Below are positions 39,101 to 51,665 of a stretch of 64,000 nt of DNA, in pieces. A program made the position numbers and the translations under genes. Under the pieces are notes generated by a model. The model saw only the letters and a list, made by a program, of their open reading frames with translations, did not search any database and was not told where the DNA came from. The stretch comes from Camelus ferus (lineage: Eukaryota), in NCBI RefSeq assembly GCF_009834535.1, contig NC_045696.1, forward strand, positions 107,510,001 through 107,574,000. Direction: 5' to 3'. Within the stretch, counting starts at the first letter, position 1. Each line of letters starts with the position of its first letter.

Positions 39101-40975
39101 TTCTTTTCCTTCTTTTTTCTTTTTTCTATTCAGCATCAGTGATTTTCACTACTCTGTCTTCTGGCTCACTGATCCATTCCTCTGTATCGTTTCTTCTACT
39201 ATTGATTTCTTCTAGTGTATTTTTTATTTCTATTATTATATTCTACATCTCTGTTTGTTCTTTATATTTCCTAACTCTTTCTTGAAAAATTCTAACTTCT
39301 CATTCTGTGCATCCTTTCTTCTCCAGAGTTCTTTGATCATCTTTATGATCTTTATTCTGAACTCTTTCTCGAGTAGATTGCCTATCTCCAGTTCACTTAG
39401 TTTGTCTTCTGTGGTTTTATCTCGTTCCTTTGTCTGGCGTATGTTCCTCGACCTTGGGGAAGGGGCCCTGTAATAGTCTTATGCATCCCTACAGTAACTC
39501 CCCTCTCGTCACCCAAGCTATATGCTCTAGGGATACCCTCTAAGAGGGCTATGAGGATCCCTATGTTGTGGCAGACTATGTGGGTGTCAGGTAGGCTTGA
39601 TTGGCCCTAGCCCAGTTGGTTGCCAGGCCCTGCCTTGTGCGGATCTTGCTGGCTGCTAGTTAGTGGGGTGTGGTCATGAAGTTACTGACTGCAGAAACTT
39701 GGGGGCCCTGGGACTAGTGTTGGTTCACTGGTGGGAGGAGTCAGGGTCCAGAACACTCTGGTCTGTTGCTTCCCTATTGGTAGGTGAAGCCAGGTCCTGG
39801 GGTTAGTGAGGGACGACTGACAGACAGAGTCAGGTCCTGGAGTCTGGCTGCAGGGCCTAAGGATTCCAAACCTTGTTTCAGATCATTGGAGGGTGTGTGT
39901 GTTTGTGTTTGGAGGCAGGGGTAGTTCCCGACACAGTTGGTTATGGGGTCCAGGTTGTCCCAAAGCTTGTGTTGGCCTGCTGTTGGACCAGGCCAAGGCT
40001 CAGCTTGTCCTGGGGTAGGGTCTGGCCTGCTGTAGGCAGGCTGTGAGTTTGTGGTTTCCTTCCATCTGGTATCTGTCTGTTACTTAGTGAGGCTCATGCA
40101 GGATTCCTGGAGGGCAAGTCAGTACCTTCCCTCTGCTGGCCAGAGCTAGTTCTTGGCCCTCTGGTGGGCAGGGCTGTGTGTAGAGGACTGTCTAGGGGTG
40201 GCTGTAGGATCAGGAAATCTTTAGGCAGCCTATCTGCTGATGGATGGGGCTGTATCTTCAGCCAGTTAGTTTGGCCTGAGAAGTCCCAGCACTGATGCCT
40301 TCAGGCTTTTGGATAGGGCCAGGTCTTGGCACTGATGAGCTAGAGGAAGGATCCCACACAATGGTACCCACTAGCAGCAGTGTTCATGGGACAGAATGAG
40401 CTTACAAATATGGCTACTGCTGGTGTCTGTGTCCTCAGGGTGAACCACAGTTGCTCCCCACCTCTTCAGGAGACTTTCCAAGACCAGCAGGTAAGTCAGG
40501 CCCAGGCTCCTATAAAATTACTGGTTTGGCCCTGGGTCTCAGTATGTGTGAGATTTTGTGTGTGCCCTTAAGGGTAAAGCCTCTATACCCTGTAGTCCAT
40601 TGGGAATTCCAAAATTGAGCCCTGTTGGCCTTGAGTATCACATGCTCTGGGGGCTCATCTTCCCAGTACAGGAGTTCAGGCCTGGGGAGCCTGACATGGA
40701 GCTCAGAACTCTTACTCCTTTGGGCAAACCCCTGCACTTATATAATATTCTCCAGTTTGCCCACCCTAGAGTATGGGACTTAATCATATTACAAATCCAC
40801 CCTTCTTACCCTCCTGTTATGGTTCCTTCTTTATGTCTTTAGTTGTAGAAATCTTTTCTGTTAGGTTTCAGACTTTTTTCATAGATGGTTGTTCTGCAGA
40901 TATTTGTGGTTTTGGTGTGCTCTTGAGAGGAGGTGAACTCAGGATCTTTCTACTCTGCCATCTTGGCCCCTGGTC
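36160..40975 (-). mobile_element. L1 inserted in Tigger2: 5'UTR ~40975-39460, ORF1 ~39450-38594, spacer, ORF2 38125-36346, internal deletion, short 3'UTR
   Basis: CAAGATGGC YY1 site (minus, 40957-40965); ORF 37488..37850 (APKYIRQIL..TIIVGVFNTPLTSMNRSS); ORF2 stops in early RT and joins 3'UTR at ~36345. Confidence 0.92.
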
Positions 40976-42907
40976 AGGAGATGTACTGCAATACACAGTT
41001 TATTAAAGAAATGCACTGCTCACGTGGATATGATTGGTGTCACACAGCATTTTAAGCACATACTCACTATAATAGGAATAGGAAGTTACTATGACTGTAA
41101 TGTAGTTTGTACTATACGTAATTTTATGCAGTTATGATTTAATATTGCATCTTTACATTTGTTTACATTTCTCCCAACTGCAAATGATGCCATGTGACAG
41201 TCTGTAAGTGTTTATATAGGTAAGTTTTGATATATTTTAACCTTTTTATAATAGATTTATGTGTATTTCATGGTAGTAATAATATAAATAGTATCTATAT
41301 TATTTTATGCATTCCTAACATATCATTTTCTTAATTTTTTTGATATATAGGCTATATGGTTTGCAAGTTTCTTCAAATTTTCTCAAATCTCCTAAAAATT
41401 TTCAATTATTTATTGAAAAAATTGTGTATGAGTGGACTCACACAGTTCAAGCCCATGTTGTTCAGAGGTCAACTGTATTCACTTAGTGCCTTTAATTCTT
41501 ATCTGTGTTACGGTATTGCTTTGCTCACAATTATAGAGATTTTCTGTATTATGTTCTTTTTTAATGACTAATTACAATTTGTAGCTTTTTTCTCATCTTA
41601 TTTTGAATTATGTATGCTTCTGTGAATTTATTTAAACTTAAGTGTAGAATTTTTCATTTGTTTATTCATTTGAGCATTTATTAGTCATAATACTAAAAAT
41701 ACTAAGACTGTAACAATGGTTAAATAGCATGCAAACTGAGAAAATATAAATAAATGCCAAAATGTTGTAAAGGAAAGGTGAAATTTTCTCCAGTCCCAAA
41801 TTAAAGTCTTTAAACTTTTTTTGATCGTACATCCCATCAATAAAACACTTTTCAGCCTGTAGTCGTAATAGGGAAAACTTATCATAAGGCTAATTTTATA
41901 CGTAAAATTCTTCTCTTCTCATCTCCATCTTTCCTATACTTTTTCCCAACATGCTAGTTAGAGTTCTTATTTTGTAGGAACAGTGCTTAAGAAGTAGCTT
42001 CTTGGTGATTGTTCCAGACTTCTTAGTTCTGAACTAAGTCCATTCCCTAAACACCTAATAAATAAAAATAGGTAAAGATTTTGTTTTCCTTTGATTTTTG
42101 GTGATCAGTTGACTGCGTGTGTAGTTCTTGTTTATTATAGAATAGTTTGAAGTTTGAAATAATAGTTTATTATAGAATTAAATGCACATATTCCTAGGTT
42201 ATTTCTTGTCAGATCTTACTAGATCATCATCATGGCTTTAACTTTTTTTATAGTGGTCTAAGAAGAGCTTGTGCAAGAAGTGTCATTGCCACCATTTCTT
42301 ATTATTCACTTGTGATTACATATTCAGATTTTTGTTTTTGTGTCTGTTTTCTCTAGAAACCTATGCATTTCCATTTTGTGAATAGTTAAATAATGTAAAT
42401 CATAAATTCATTGCAGTGTCTTAAGTAACTTACAAAATGAACAAACCAGTGAAGAGTTCCATTTATCAGTCCCTTAGAGCATATAACTCTTCTTATTCTC
42501 CTAGATACCTCAAATACTATCTGTGACACAAAATAGTCTGAAATTATGTACCTAGTGAGGATATACCAAACTTATTCTGTGTACTTAATATTTGTAATAA
42601 TTTATTTCTTATTTTTAGATAAAAGTAAAGAGAAGTTCTAATACTTTCTTGCAATACACCACTCAGTTTGTGTTATCTGTATCACTTTGGAGACTGTTCC
42701 AAATTGAGGAAGGTAAACAAGATATTAAAGGAAGCAAAATTCAAAATGAGAAGCGCCAAGACAAAGGAGTAATTGTGTAGAAAACTAATGAAGACTCAAG
42801 AAATTGTAACCAATTTATAATGTGAAAAGGTGTAAAACAGGAAATAACATTACCACCAAATTTTGCAGTGTAAATATATTGGAGACAAGAGGAAACATGT
42901 TGAAAAA

Positions 42908-43165
42908 TAATAGTAGCAAATACATACAGCTACATAGTATGTGCTAGGCACTGTTGTAAGTCCTGTACATATAATTCTCACAGTGTTCTTATGAGATAGG
43001 TCTTTTATATTATTATTATCTCCTTTTCACAGATGAGAAAATTGAGGCAAAGAGGGTTAAGAAACTTGCCTGAGATCACACAGTCAGTAAATGACAAAGC
43101 TAGGAATTGAACCCAGATCATATAGCGCCTAAGTTCACACTCATAGGCACTACTGTATTGTGCCT
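42908..43165 (-). mobile_element. MIR, near full length
   Basis: tatgtgctaggcactgtt...cacagatgagaaaattgaggc...aacttgcctgagatcacacag. Confidence 0.88.
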
Positions 43166-43719
43166 AGAATATAACTCTAAATGTATAATCTGAAATAGCT
43201 AAGGAAGGGTGTTCAAGTAACAGTTGTGCTTTTTCCACTTGGACACCTTCAGTTATATAATAAATTTTTGGTGGTGGTTATTATCAGTGTCTTAGGACTG
43301 GCTGAATGAGTTATGGGATTAAACTAGTATTTTTTAAAGGACCAGTTACATTCAATTGATTAATATTAAATCTTTTTAGATTGTGTTTGCTGAGGTGTTC
43401 ACTTTTATTAGGAGAAATGCTTAAATAAGATACTCATAAACCAAAGTCTGACTCAACAGTAACATTTATATCAGTGAAGGGTAGATTAAATGCCCATCTG
43501 GATTAGTCATGATCAGCTATATATTGAGTTTATAATTACTTTATGGTAATTTTAAGAATTTATCATTCAGTTTTAAAACATACCTACAAAACATAATTTT
43601 CTTGTGATACAAATGATGTACATTTATTGTAGGTATAACTTTTAATTTTAACAAGTGTTAAATAGATGAACTGTTTGGTATTTCAAACTTATATGAGATT
43701 AATTTCTTTCTGTTTTTGT

Positions 43720-44140
43720 TATGTATACATTTATTGAACTTAATATATGTCTAACTTTTAGTTAGGAGCTATATATTTAGAGATCAACAAAATTATAGCT
43801 CTAGACAGTGAGTTCACGTTCTGAATGGGAAGAGCTTTGTAAACTAATAGCAGTAGTACCTTGACAAGTTCAATAGTTAAGAAATATAAGACCCAATGAG
43901 AACCCAAAAGATGAGTTAATTATCTGAGATATGAGAGCTTCACATAATATTTAGCTCTAAAACTAGACTTTCAAAGATAAATATAAAGTTCACAGAAAAA
44001 CCAGGAAGGAGCTTACAGAGACAATGGAGTTTAGGATGTATAAGAGGAAACAGTGAGAGAGACTTAAACTGGAGAGACCAAAAATATAGAAAGCCTTATA
44101 GACTAGAAATAGGAGATTTGATTTAATACTAATAAATAAG
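43720..44140 (-). mobile_element. L2 relic
   Basis: catttattgaac...tgagttcacgttctgaatggg; highly degenerate. Confidence 0.5.
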
Positions 44141-45404
44141 CCATCCTCAAAACATTGTTGTGCTCCTAAGCATACCAGACAGCATCCTAGATAAATGCTG
44201 GAGATAGAGATGATTAAGATTATACTAACATTTTTGTTGTGTTGACTTGTAGAGTTGTTCTTTCTAAATGTACTTTTACATTGTTTCTTTTTTGGCATAT
44301 GTATCTCTGTGGGTCAAACGAATTTCCTAATACTTTAAAAGTGTAAGGTTTTGCCAAAGTTGGAAGCGTTAGTTTGGACTTAATTAGCATGGGTCTGATA
44401 GTAAAGAGCAATTTCTCTTTAATTACATTATGGCAGTCAGCCAAAATAATCTGTCTAAATAATCTTTATGGGGTTTTTTTTGTTGTTTTTAAGTGCACAG
44501 TAGAACTTAAAAATGAAAGTTCAAGGGATATATTTAATGATAAATTTTATTTAAGCCACTAAGGGTTTTGTTTCATATAAATGTTTTCTACCGAATCTTT
44601 TCAAGGATGAGAAATACACCCTTTTCTTTGTTCCCCTGGCACAAAGTTATTACTGCATTCTGACTGTCTGAGGAAAAATTAAAATGAAGAACTCTGCTAA
44701 TCACTGTGATATGTAAACTCACATGTGTGATTTTTACATCCTAAACACTGACTACAACATTGTGATAATTTTGATAATGCTACTTCAGAATTTGAAATTT
44801 CTTCTGGTGATTTTAGGAACTTGATATTCTCAAAAATGTTACTGTGGATTGTTTCAGTCACTTTTTAGTGCACCCATTTAAAAAAAAAAAAGTATGTTAT
44901 TTGTTACACACGAAGAATCTATGTAACATGTGTAAGAAATGTAAATCTCCCACCCCCCAACTTAAGAACTGAAATATTACTAATAATACTGAAATACCTA
45001 TGTGCCTCCATTCTCCCATTCCATTGCTTCTCCTCAGAGGTAATTAATATCTTGATTTTTGTAAGCATTTTTTTCTTATAAACTCACTGATAGATCATTT
45101 ACCTCTCTTCTTGAAATGTTTGTGAAGATTCATGGATGAGAGTAGAGGCCAGACATTTGGTGGCACTTCTGTAACTTGTTGTAACTTGTTGATGTCATTT
45201 TTAGAGTAGGACATATTTAAAAGGAATGATATTGGTAGTTCCATTGCTTTTTGACTTTATATATTTTCCTAATTTCTGTCTGTGGCTAAGGAAACACAAG
45301 TTGTCAAGATTTATGATTGATTAAGGAGAGAAATATCTATAGGAATCATTTAGAAAAGCTTACCATTATTTTAGGCTCATTTTGACAGTATCATTTTTAT
45401 GATG

Positions 45405-45810
45405 ATTCATTAATTTGATCAAGAAATATTTGAGTGTCTGTTAATTATTCCAAGCATGAAGAACGTACCACTTAATATACCAAGCTAAAATCCCAGTCCT
45501 CATGGAATTTACATTTTACTTGAGGGAAAATCCAGTGAATAACATACATAGGCAAAATATCATGGTATGGCAAATGATGGTAAATGCTGTGAAAAATAGA
45601 AAAGAGTGAAGAGATTGAGAGAGGAAGGATTGTTTTAAATAGAATGATCTGGAAAACCCTCCAAGAATGTGACTTTATGTAAATTCTTGAAGAAGGTGAT
45701 GGAGCAACCTTATATATATATATATAGGCAGAAGAGAAAACAGCAAGGACAAATGGCCCCTAGGAAGAAGTGTACCTGGCATATTAGAGAGACAACAAAG
45801 AAGCCAATAT
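45405..45810 (-). mobile_element. L2 3' region
   Basis: aaatatttgagtgtctg...cctcatggaatttacatt...aaggccaa-like aagaagccaatatg. Confidence 0.75.
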
Positions 45811-46449
45811 GACAAAAGCGCACTGATTTATATATTGAATTTGATTGTTGTGTTTTCAGGACTTTTTCAAAACATAAGAGTTCCCATACTATTTTTTGTT
45901 TGCATGACATTAACTTTTAGTTGTCTTAAAAAAAAAAACACTCTATATTTTTATTTATCTGGGGTTTTTTCCCTCTCATGTTATCATTTAACTTATTCCT
46001 TTATCTTCTATATTTTGTAACTGAAAATTAGATATAATTCCTTTATTAGATTACATTTACATTTTTTGGCAAGATAATGTCATATGTGCTGCATACTTAA
46101 TGTTGTGTCATAGTAGGTAGCTCATAATATCAGGTTGTCCACTTGTTAGTGATGCTAAGATTGGTCACTTGTTTAAGGTGATGACCTTTGAATCTTTTTT
46201 GTAAAACTATTTCCCTTTGCAAGTCTGAAATAATTTGGCACTTTGTTAACATTCTGCTTATGCCAACTGGCCACTTAATGGTTTTAGTATCAATTGATGA
46301 TTTTGTTCCTGAAATTTTGTATTTATTTTGAATGTAGATGCTAGTGTGGCCTGAAGTCTGGAAATAGGATATTCTATATCATTTATGAATTAAAGGGCAT
46401 CAGTCTCTTCTTATGAGACATACTAATTAGGCATTCCTAAACAAGAGTT

Positions 46450-46990
46450 ATGCTTTCTACAGGAGTCAGAGGTAAAGAATTCTTTGTTTCCTGATGTGAA
46501 TAAACCCACTGAGAAGACCACACCAGAAACAGAAGTCATTTTTGTCTAATCAGTCACTTACTTCTGTAGATTTTATTTCTTTAATAGTTGAATACCACAT
46601 CCCTCCCATTTTGTTTATTGTTACTATCTTAGTCTAAACTCTTTCTGCCATCACCCTTTTGTTTTTGGATCTGTTGCAGTGGTATGTCACCTTTGCTCCA
46701 TTTCCTTCACCTTTTCCTCTGACTGTTTTCCACACTGGAACCAGAAATATTTTTTAAAGCTTATCTGTTGATGAAAATCCTTCATTGGCCACCCATTGAG
46801 TTTAGCTTCCTTAGCCTTGATCCAGCCCCATCTTTCTTCTTGATTACAAACCACAGAGTTTGTTTTAGGTTGCCAGACTTAAAGCAGTCGTATGGTCCCA
46901 TTGTTGTAGCTTTGTTTATAGGCCTTCACTAATGTTACAGCCTAGAATGCTGCTAACCACATTTCCCCTACCTAATTGCTTCTGCCGAGA
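46450..46990 (+). mobile_element. L2 relic
   Basis: ttttccacactggaaccagaa, aaaatccttcattggc, gcctagaatgct. Confidence 0.5.
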
Positions 46991-47094
46991 ATTGACAATC
47001 CTTTCTAAGTACTACATACTCTTATAAAGTTACTGTCATTGTATTTAATTCCCTTACTTTTTAAAAATGTTTACACATTTAAAATAGAAGTTCT

Positions 47095-47420
47095 CTGGAG
47101 GATGGGGGAAATGGGGAAAAGTTGGTCAAAGAGTATAAACTTGCACTTATAAGATAAATAAGTTCTGGAAATCTAATGTACAACATAGTGATTATAATTA
47201 ATAGTATGGATCACATACTTGAAACTTGCTAAAAGAATAGATATTAAATGTTCTCACCAAAAAAAAAAAAAGGAAAGAAATGAATAATGTGATGAGTTGG
47301 AGATGTTAGCTAGTGCTATGGTGGTAATCATTTTGCCATATATAAGTATATCAAATCAGCATGCTATATACCTTAAACTTATACAATGTTATATATCATC
47401 AGTAAAGCTGGAAAAAACTA
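47095..47420 (+). mobile_element. L1MA9-like 3' end
   Basis: ttggtcaaagagtataaacttgcacttataagataaataagttctgga...ccttaaacttatacaatgttatat. Confidence 0.85.
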
Positions 47421-48144
47421 TGAATCAGAAACTCTTAGAAGAAAATCCTTGCTCTGCTCATCTTTGTATGTCCAGGGACCTGATACAGTGCCAGAGCACA
47501 TTTGTTGCTTAATGAATGTATGAATAGGTGAATGGGCAGATGACTGGATGGATGGATAGTTTCTCTAAAGAATTATTTGCAAATCACTGTTTTAAGCAAT
47601 AGTGGTATATATCGTTGGGTAAATCTGTTGAAATTAGGTAACCAAAAGCCATGATTCACCAAGAGTTTGTAACTTTTTGTGTGATGTCCCATCAACTGGG
47701 TTAAAAGTCAAGTCTCTTGGATTTACTCTTAGAGAATGTTTTATTTCTTCAGATATCTACAGTTTGTTACCACTTTGCCTGTCCAAATACCAGATGCTAG
47801 AGGATTAGGTAGTTAGCCTGTGCTAGGTGCATGAACTCTACTTTGCAGTGGACCTTTTATAAGATTGTTGTTCTAATCGCAGTCAGAGGCTCTCAGTCTT
47901 CTCATTTTTGTTGTTGGCTCTTGTCCCTGAAGCTTGACACCCTTACCCTCCCCCACCCCCAAGTCATTGTCCCCAAAATTTCTAAAATAGACTTTTCCAG
48001 TAGTTTCTTGCTCTCTGTTTCAGAGCAGAACCCCAGTTTTCCTCCCTTAGAAGAGTATTCACTAGACAACACTTCTGTCCTCCAAGGTTACTGGAGTAAG
48101 CCAGGTGAAGCTCCATTGTAAAGTACAGAATACATGAAAAAAAA

Positions 48145-48282
48145 TTTTTTAAGTTATTTTTTTGGAGGAGTGGGAGAGAGGGAATTAGGTTTTTATTTAT
48201 TTTTAGAGGAGGTACTGAGGATTGAACCCAGGGCCTTGGCAATGCTAAGCATGCGCTCTACCACTTGAGTTATACCCTCCCC
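48145..48282 (-). mobile_element. Vic-1-type SINE (left unit of tandem pair)
   Basis: ggattgaacccagggcc...atgctaagcatgcgctctaccacttgagttataccctcccc. Confidence 0.88.
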
Positions 48283-48285
48283 TCC

Positions 48286-48423
48286 TTTTTAAACATTTTT
48301 AAATTTTTGTTTTGAGGAGAGGTAATTGGGTTTATTTATTTTTTAATGGAGATACTAGGAATTAAACCCAGGACCCGATGCATGCTAGGCATGCACTCTG
48401 CCACTGAGCTATACCTTCCTCCT
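48286..48423 (-). mobile_element. Vic-1-type SINE (right unit of tandem pair)
   Basis: attaaacccaggacc...catgctaggcatgcactctgccactgagctataccttcc. Confidence 0.88.
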
Positions 48424-49149
48424 GAGAATACCTGGATTTTATAATTCGAGAATCAAGACCGTGTAGCTCTATGACCTAAGACAAGTTCTTAAAAACATAT
48501 TTTTTCTAATCTTTATACATACCAAGATTCACCACAGTGTCTGGATAATACAAGATTATATATGTGAAAAATATATACCATACGAATGCTAGCCATATTA
48601 TGTTCTAGTTTGCTGTATGGAGATTTCTCCCCTTTTATTCACCTGAACTTAGAGGAATTGCTTTCTTACATATTTCTGCCTAATATTCTACCTACCCTGA
48701 GCTTCTTTATGCTTTTCTATACCTGTTTTTTATTTAATATGGTTTACCTTTTTATTAAGTTATCAATTAATTCCTTGTGCAAAACATTCTAATTAGACTG
48801 CCCTTAAAGAACCTAAACATCAGTTGTAGATAAGGCATTTAGGCTACTTGATTATTGTCTTCATTTTATTACCGTATTTCATTTACTTAGCTATCTTGAA
48901 AAAAGAAATCACTGCTTTTTGAAGCAAGCTGGTTTTCAGTACTCTACTGCCCATCATTAATTGAACAATCCTTTTTACTTGGCATGTATAAGTGTGTATA
49001 ACAGAGAGAAATTTATAACTAATATTAGAGTAAAGCAAGAAACTGTCTTTTCTATGGGAGATATGGGAGATCTTCCTTTTCCCATGTTTCTCCTTTTAAT
49101 CACAATATTTGCACATGATATAAAAATTAATAGGGTAAAACTGTATACT

Positions 49150-50250
49150 TTTTCAGACTAGTTAGGAATTGAGCTAGGTTTGTGTTCTATCGTTGCTATC
49201 ATTACTTTCAGTATACCACGGGTTTCAGATTTCTCCAGTGGTAGGCCACTGTTGCCTTGTGCTTAGGATACCAGAGGTTTTTGCTCAGTATTTATGCTAC
49301 ACCCTCAGCTTTCAGCTCTCTGCACCCTGTGCCAGAGAGCACAGCTACTCTATACTTTTGCCCCTTCCCCTAAGCATAGAGTGGTGTGGCTTTTTGCCTT
49401 GTGCTGTGATGAGGGCATGGGGATTCTCTTTTGTTCTAGCCCTGCCAAAATCTTAAGCATTCCTGCTGGGCCTGAAGCTACTTAAGGGCCTTCTACGCTT
49501 TCCTGGCCCTCTTTCCCATAGCAGCTAAACTTTGCCTGATCTGTGGTTGGCTGTGAGTGGGACTTTCCTGTCCCTCTCCTAATGCTAGCCGACTTCTGTT
49601 GTTACTGGTATAGAATTCAGGGTCCAGGACAGTGTTGTGTTTCCTTCTCCCACAGGTAGAAGATTTTTTTCTTGACCCTTCTTCTAGCTGTGGTGGGTCT
49701 TTGCCATGCCATGGTGGTGACTCAGTTTGCTGACCCTCCCCCATCAAATTAAGGCTTCTGGCTTGTAGGAGAGAAGAATCTGGAGAAGTGCTTGTAGGAG
49801 AGGAAGGTCTAGAGAAGTGAGCTGTGCTTCTTTCCTTTCCCTCAGCAACTGAGGATCATCCCCTGTAGGCCTGTATCAAGAGAGGTTCTCTCTTTTCTGC
49901 TGCCTCAGGCTTTGTTTTAAGTACCTGATTGAAACCTGTGGTGAACTGAAAAAAGAGCTTTGGAGTGAGTGCAAATTCTTTGTTATTCAACACTGACAAA
50001 TTAGCCCACATTTGGTCATTGACAGTTTGTTAACATTTTGCCTGATTTCTTACCATTTTTATGGTGGTGTGCCTTTTCTTCTTAGGCTCTGCCACAGATG
50101 ATAGAGTTTGTATGTCTCATCTTTTCTTGGAAGGTTTAGTTATTTCAGCTCAAGGTGGGCTCAAGAAAAGCATTGATATTTTTTATGCTGATTCAGCTTA
50201 CTCTCATTATTTGCAGCCTTCTATGTTCTAAGTAGAAGCCAAACCCTGTT
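49150..50250 (-). mobile_element. Probable ancient L1 5'-region relic
   Basis: GC-richer block with composition and motifs like old L1 5' ends; family not established. Confidence 0.35.
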
Positions 50251-50584
50251 GTTACTCTTTTGACTTTGCTTTTAGTGTGTTTTTTAATACAAAAAATTGC
50301 TTTTATAATGGTTGATTTTGTTGGTCTTTTATGACTTCTGACTTTTTAAAATTGTGTTTAGAAAAAGACTTCTCCAGTCTGAGAATATTCTCCCATGTTG
50401 TCTGCTATTTCTTTTTTGGTTGAGTATTTTTTTAAGTGTTTTGATTTCATTAGGAATTTGTTTTGTTGCAAGGTACAATACTTACCTGATTTTTTTTTTT
50501 GTAATGAACACCTAGTTGTACCAAAGTTATTTACTGAATAATTCATCTTTCCCCACTTCTCATAATTCTGCTATAACAGGAAGA

Positions 50585-50950
50585 GATTTGTCTGTAAGTA
50601 AGAGAAAATCTGACCAACAGTGTCTTAAATTCACAGGAATTTATTTGTGTCGCACGAAATAAATCTGAAAGTAGACAGAACTAACATGGTTGGTATGCAC
50701 CTCAACAGAGCAAAGACCTAGAGTTTTGCCATTCTTCTCTCTACCATTCTTTATCTTCATACTGTCCCCTGATGTTCACAGACTGGCTGTTGAACATATG
50801 GCACCACATGTGAGTTCCAAATCAGTGAAACAGGAAAGGGCACAAGGTTGAAGCAGTCATACTAGCCTAGTTTGTCCATTTTAAAAGGCTGTTTCCAGAA
50901 ACCTCATCTAGCAAATTACATGTTTTTTCTCAGATATGTCTTACACGTTA
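50585..50950. mobile_element. MLT1-type MaLR LTR relic
   Basis: aacagtgtcttaaa...aatttatttgt...aaatctgaaagtagacag...tttccagaaacctc. Confidence 0.55.
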
Positions 50951-51024
50951 TTTTCTGGGCTACTAGTGTATCTCTTAGCAGTGACCATCCTTTCTGTCAA
51001 TTGATCAGCTGAGTTTTTGAAGAA

Positions 51025-51665
51025 ATAAAATATTTCAGATATATGCAGCCCCATGTTCATTGCAGCATTATTTATGATAGCCAAATATTGAAACAACCTA
51101 AGTGTCCATCAGTGGATGAATGGTTAAAGAAAATGTGGTATGTGTACACACACACACACACGAATATTACTCAGTCATGAAAAAAGAAGGAAACCTTACC
51201 ATTTGTGACAATATAGATGGACCTTGAGGACATTACACTAAGTGAAATAAGTCAGAGAAGGACAAATACTGTTTGACCTCACTTATATGTGAAATCAAAA
51301 AAATAACAACTCAAAAAAGACACTGAACTCATAGATACAGGGAACAGATTAGTAGTTGCCAGGGGTGAGGTTGTGCAAAATGGGTTAAGGGATTCAAAAG
51401 GTACAAACTTTAAAGTTATAAAATACATTAAGTCCTGGGGATGTAAAGCATGGTGACTATAGTTAATAATACTGTATTGCATATTTAAAAGTTGCCAAGA
51501 GAGTAGATATTAAGGAAGATCTTAAGAAAAACAAAAAATTTTGCAACTGTTTATGGTGACAGATGTTAACTATACTTATTGTTGTGATTATTTTGTAATA
51601 TATACAAATATTGAATCATTGTATTGTATACCTGGAACATTATATGTGAATTATAGCCCAAAAAA
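51025..51665 (+). mobile_element. L1MA9-like 3' end
   Basis: cccatgttcattgcagcattattt...ctaagtgaaataagtcaga...ggtacaaact...catggtgactatagttaataatactgtattg. Confidence 0.9.

Larger units (their letters stand above)
33202..41475 (-). mobile_element. Full-length Tigger2-family (TcMar/pogo) DNA transposon, ~3.4 kb of own sequence, split by an L1
   Basis: TIRs CAGCTGACCCTTGAACAACACGGG (33202-33225) and CCCATGTTGTTCAGAGGTCAACTG (41452-41475) match at 20/24; TA flanks at 33200-33201 and 41476-41477. Confidence 0.92.
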
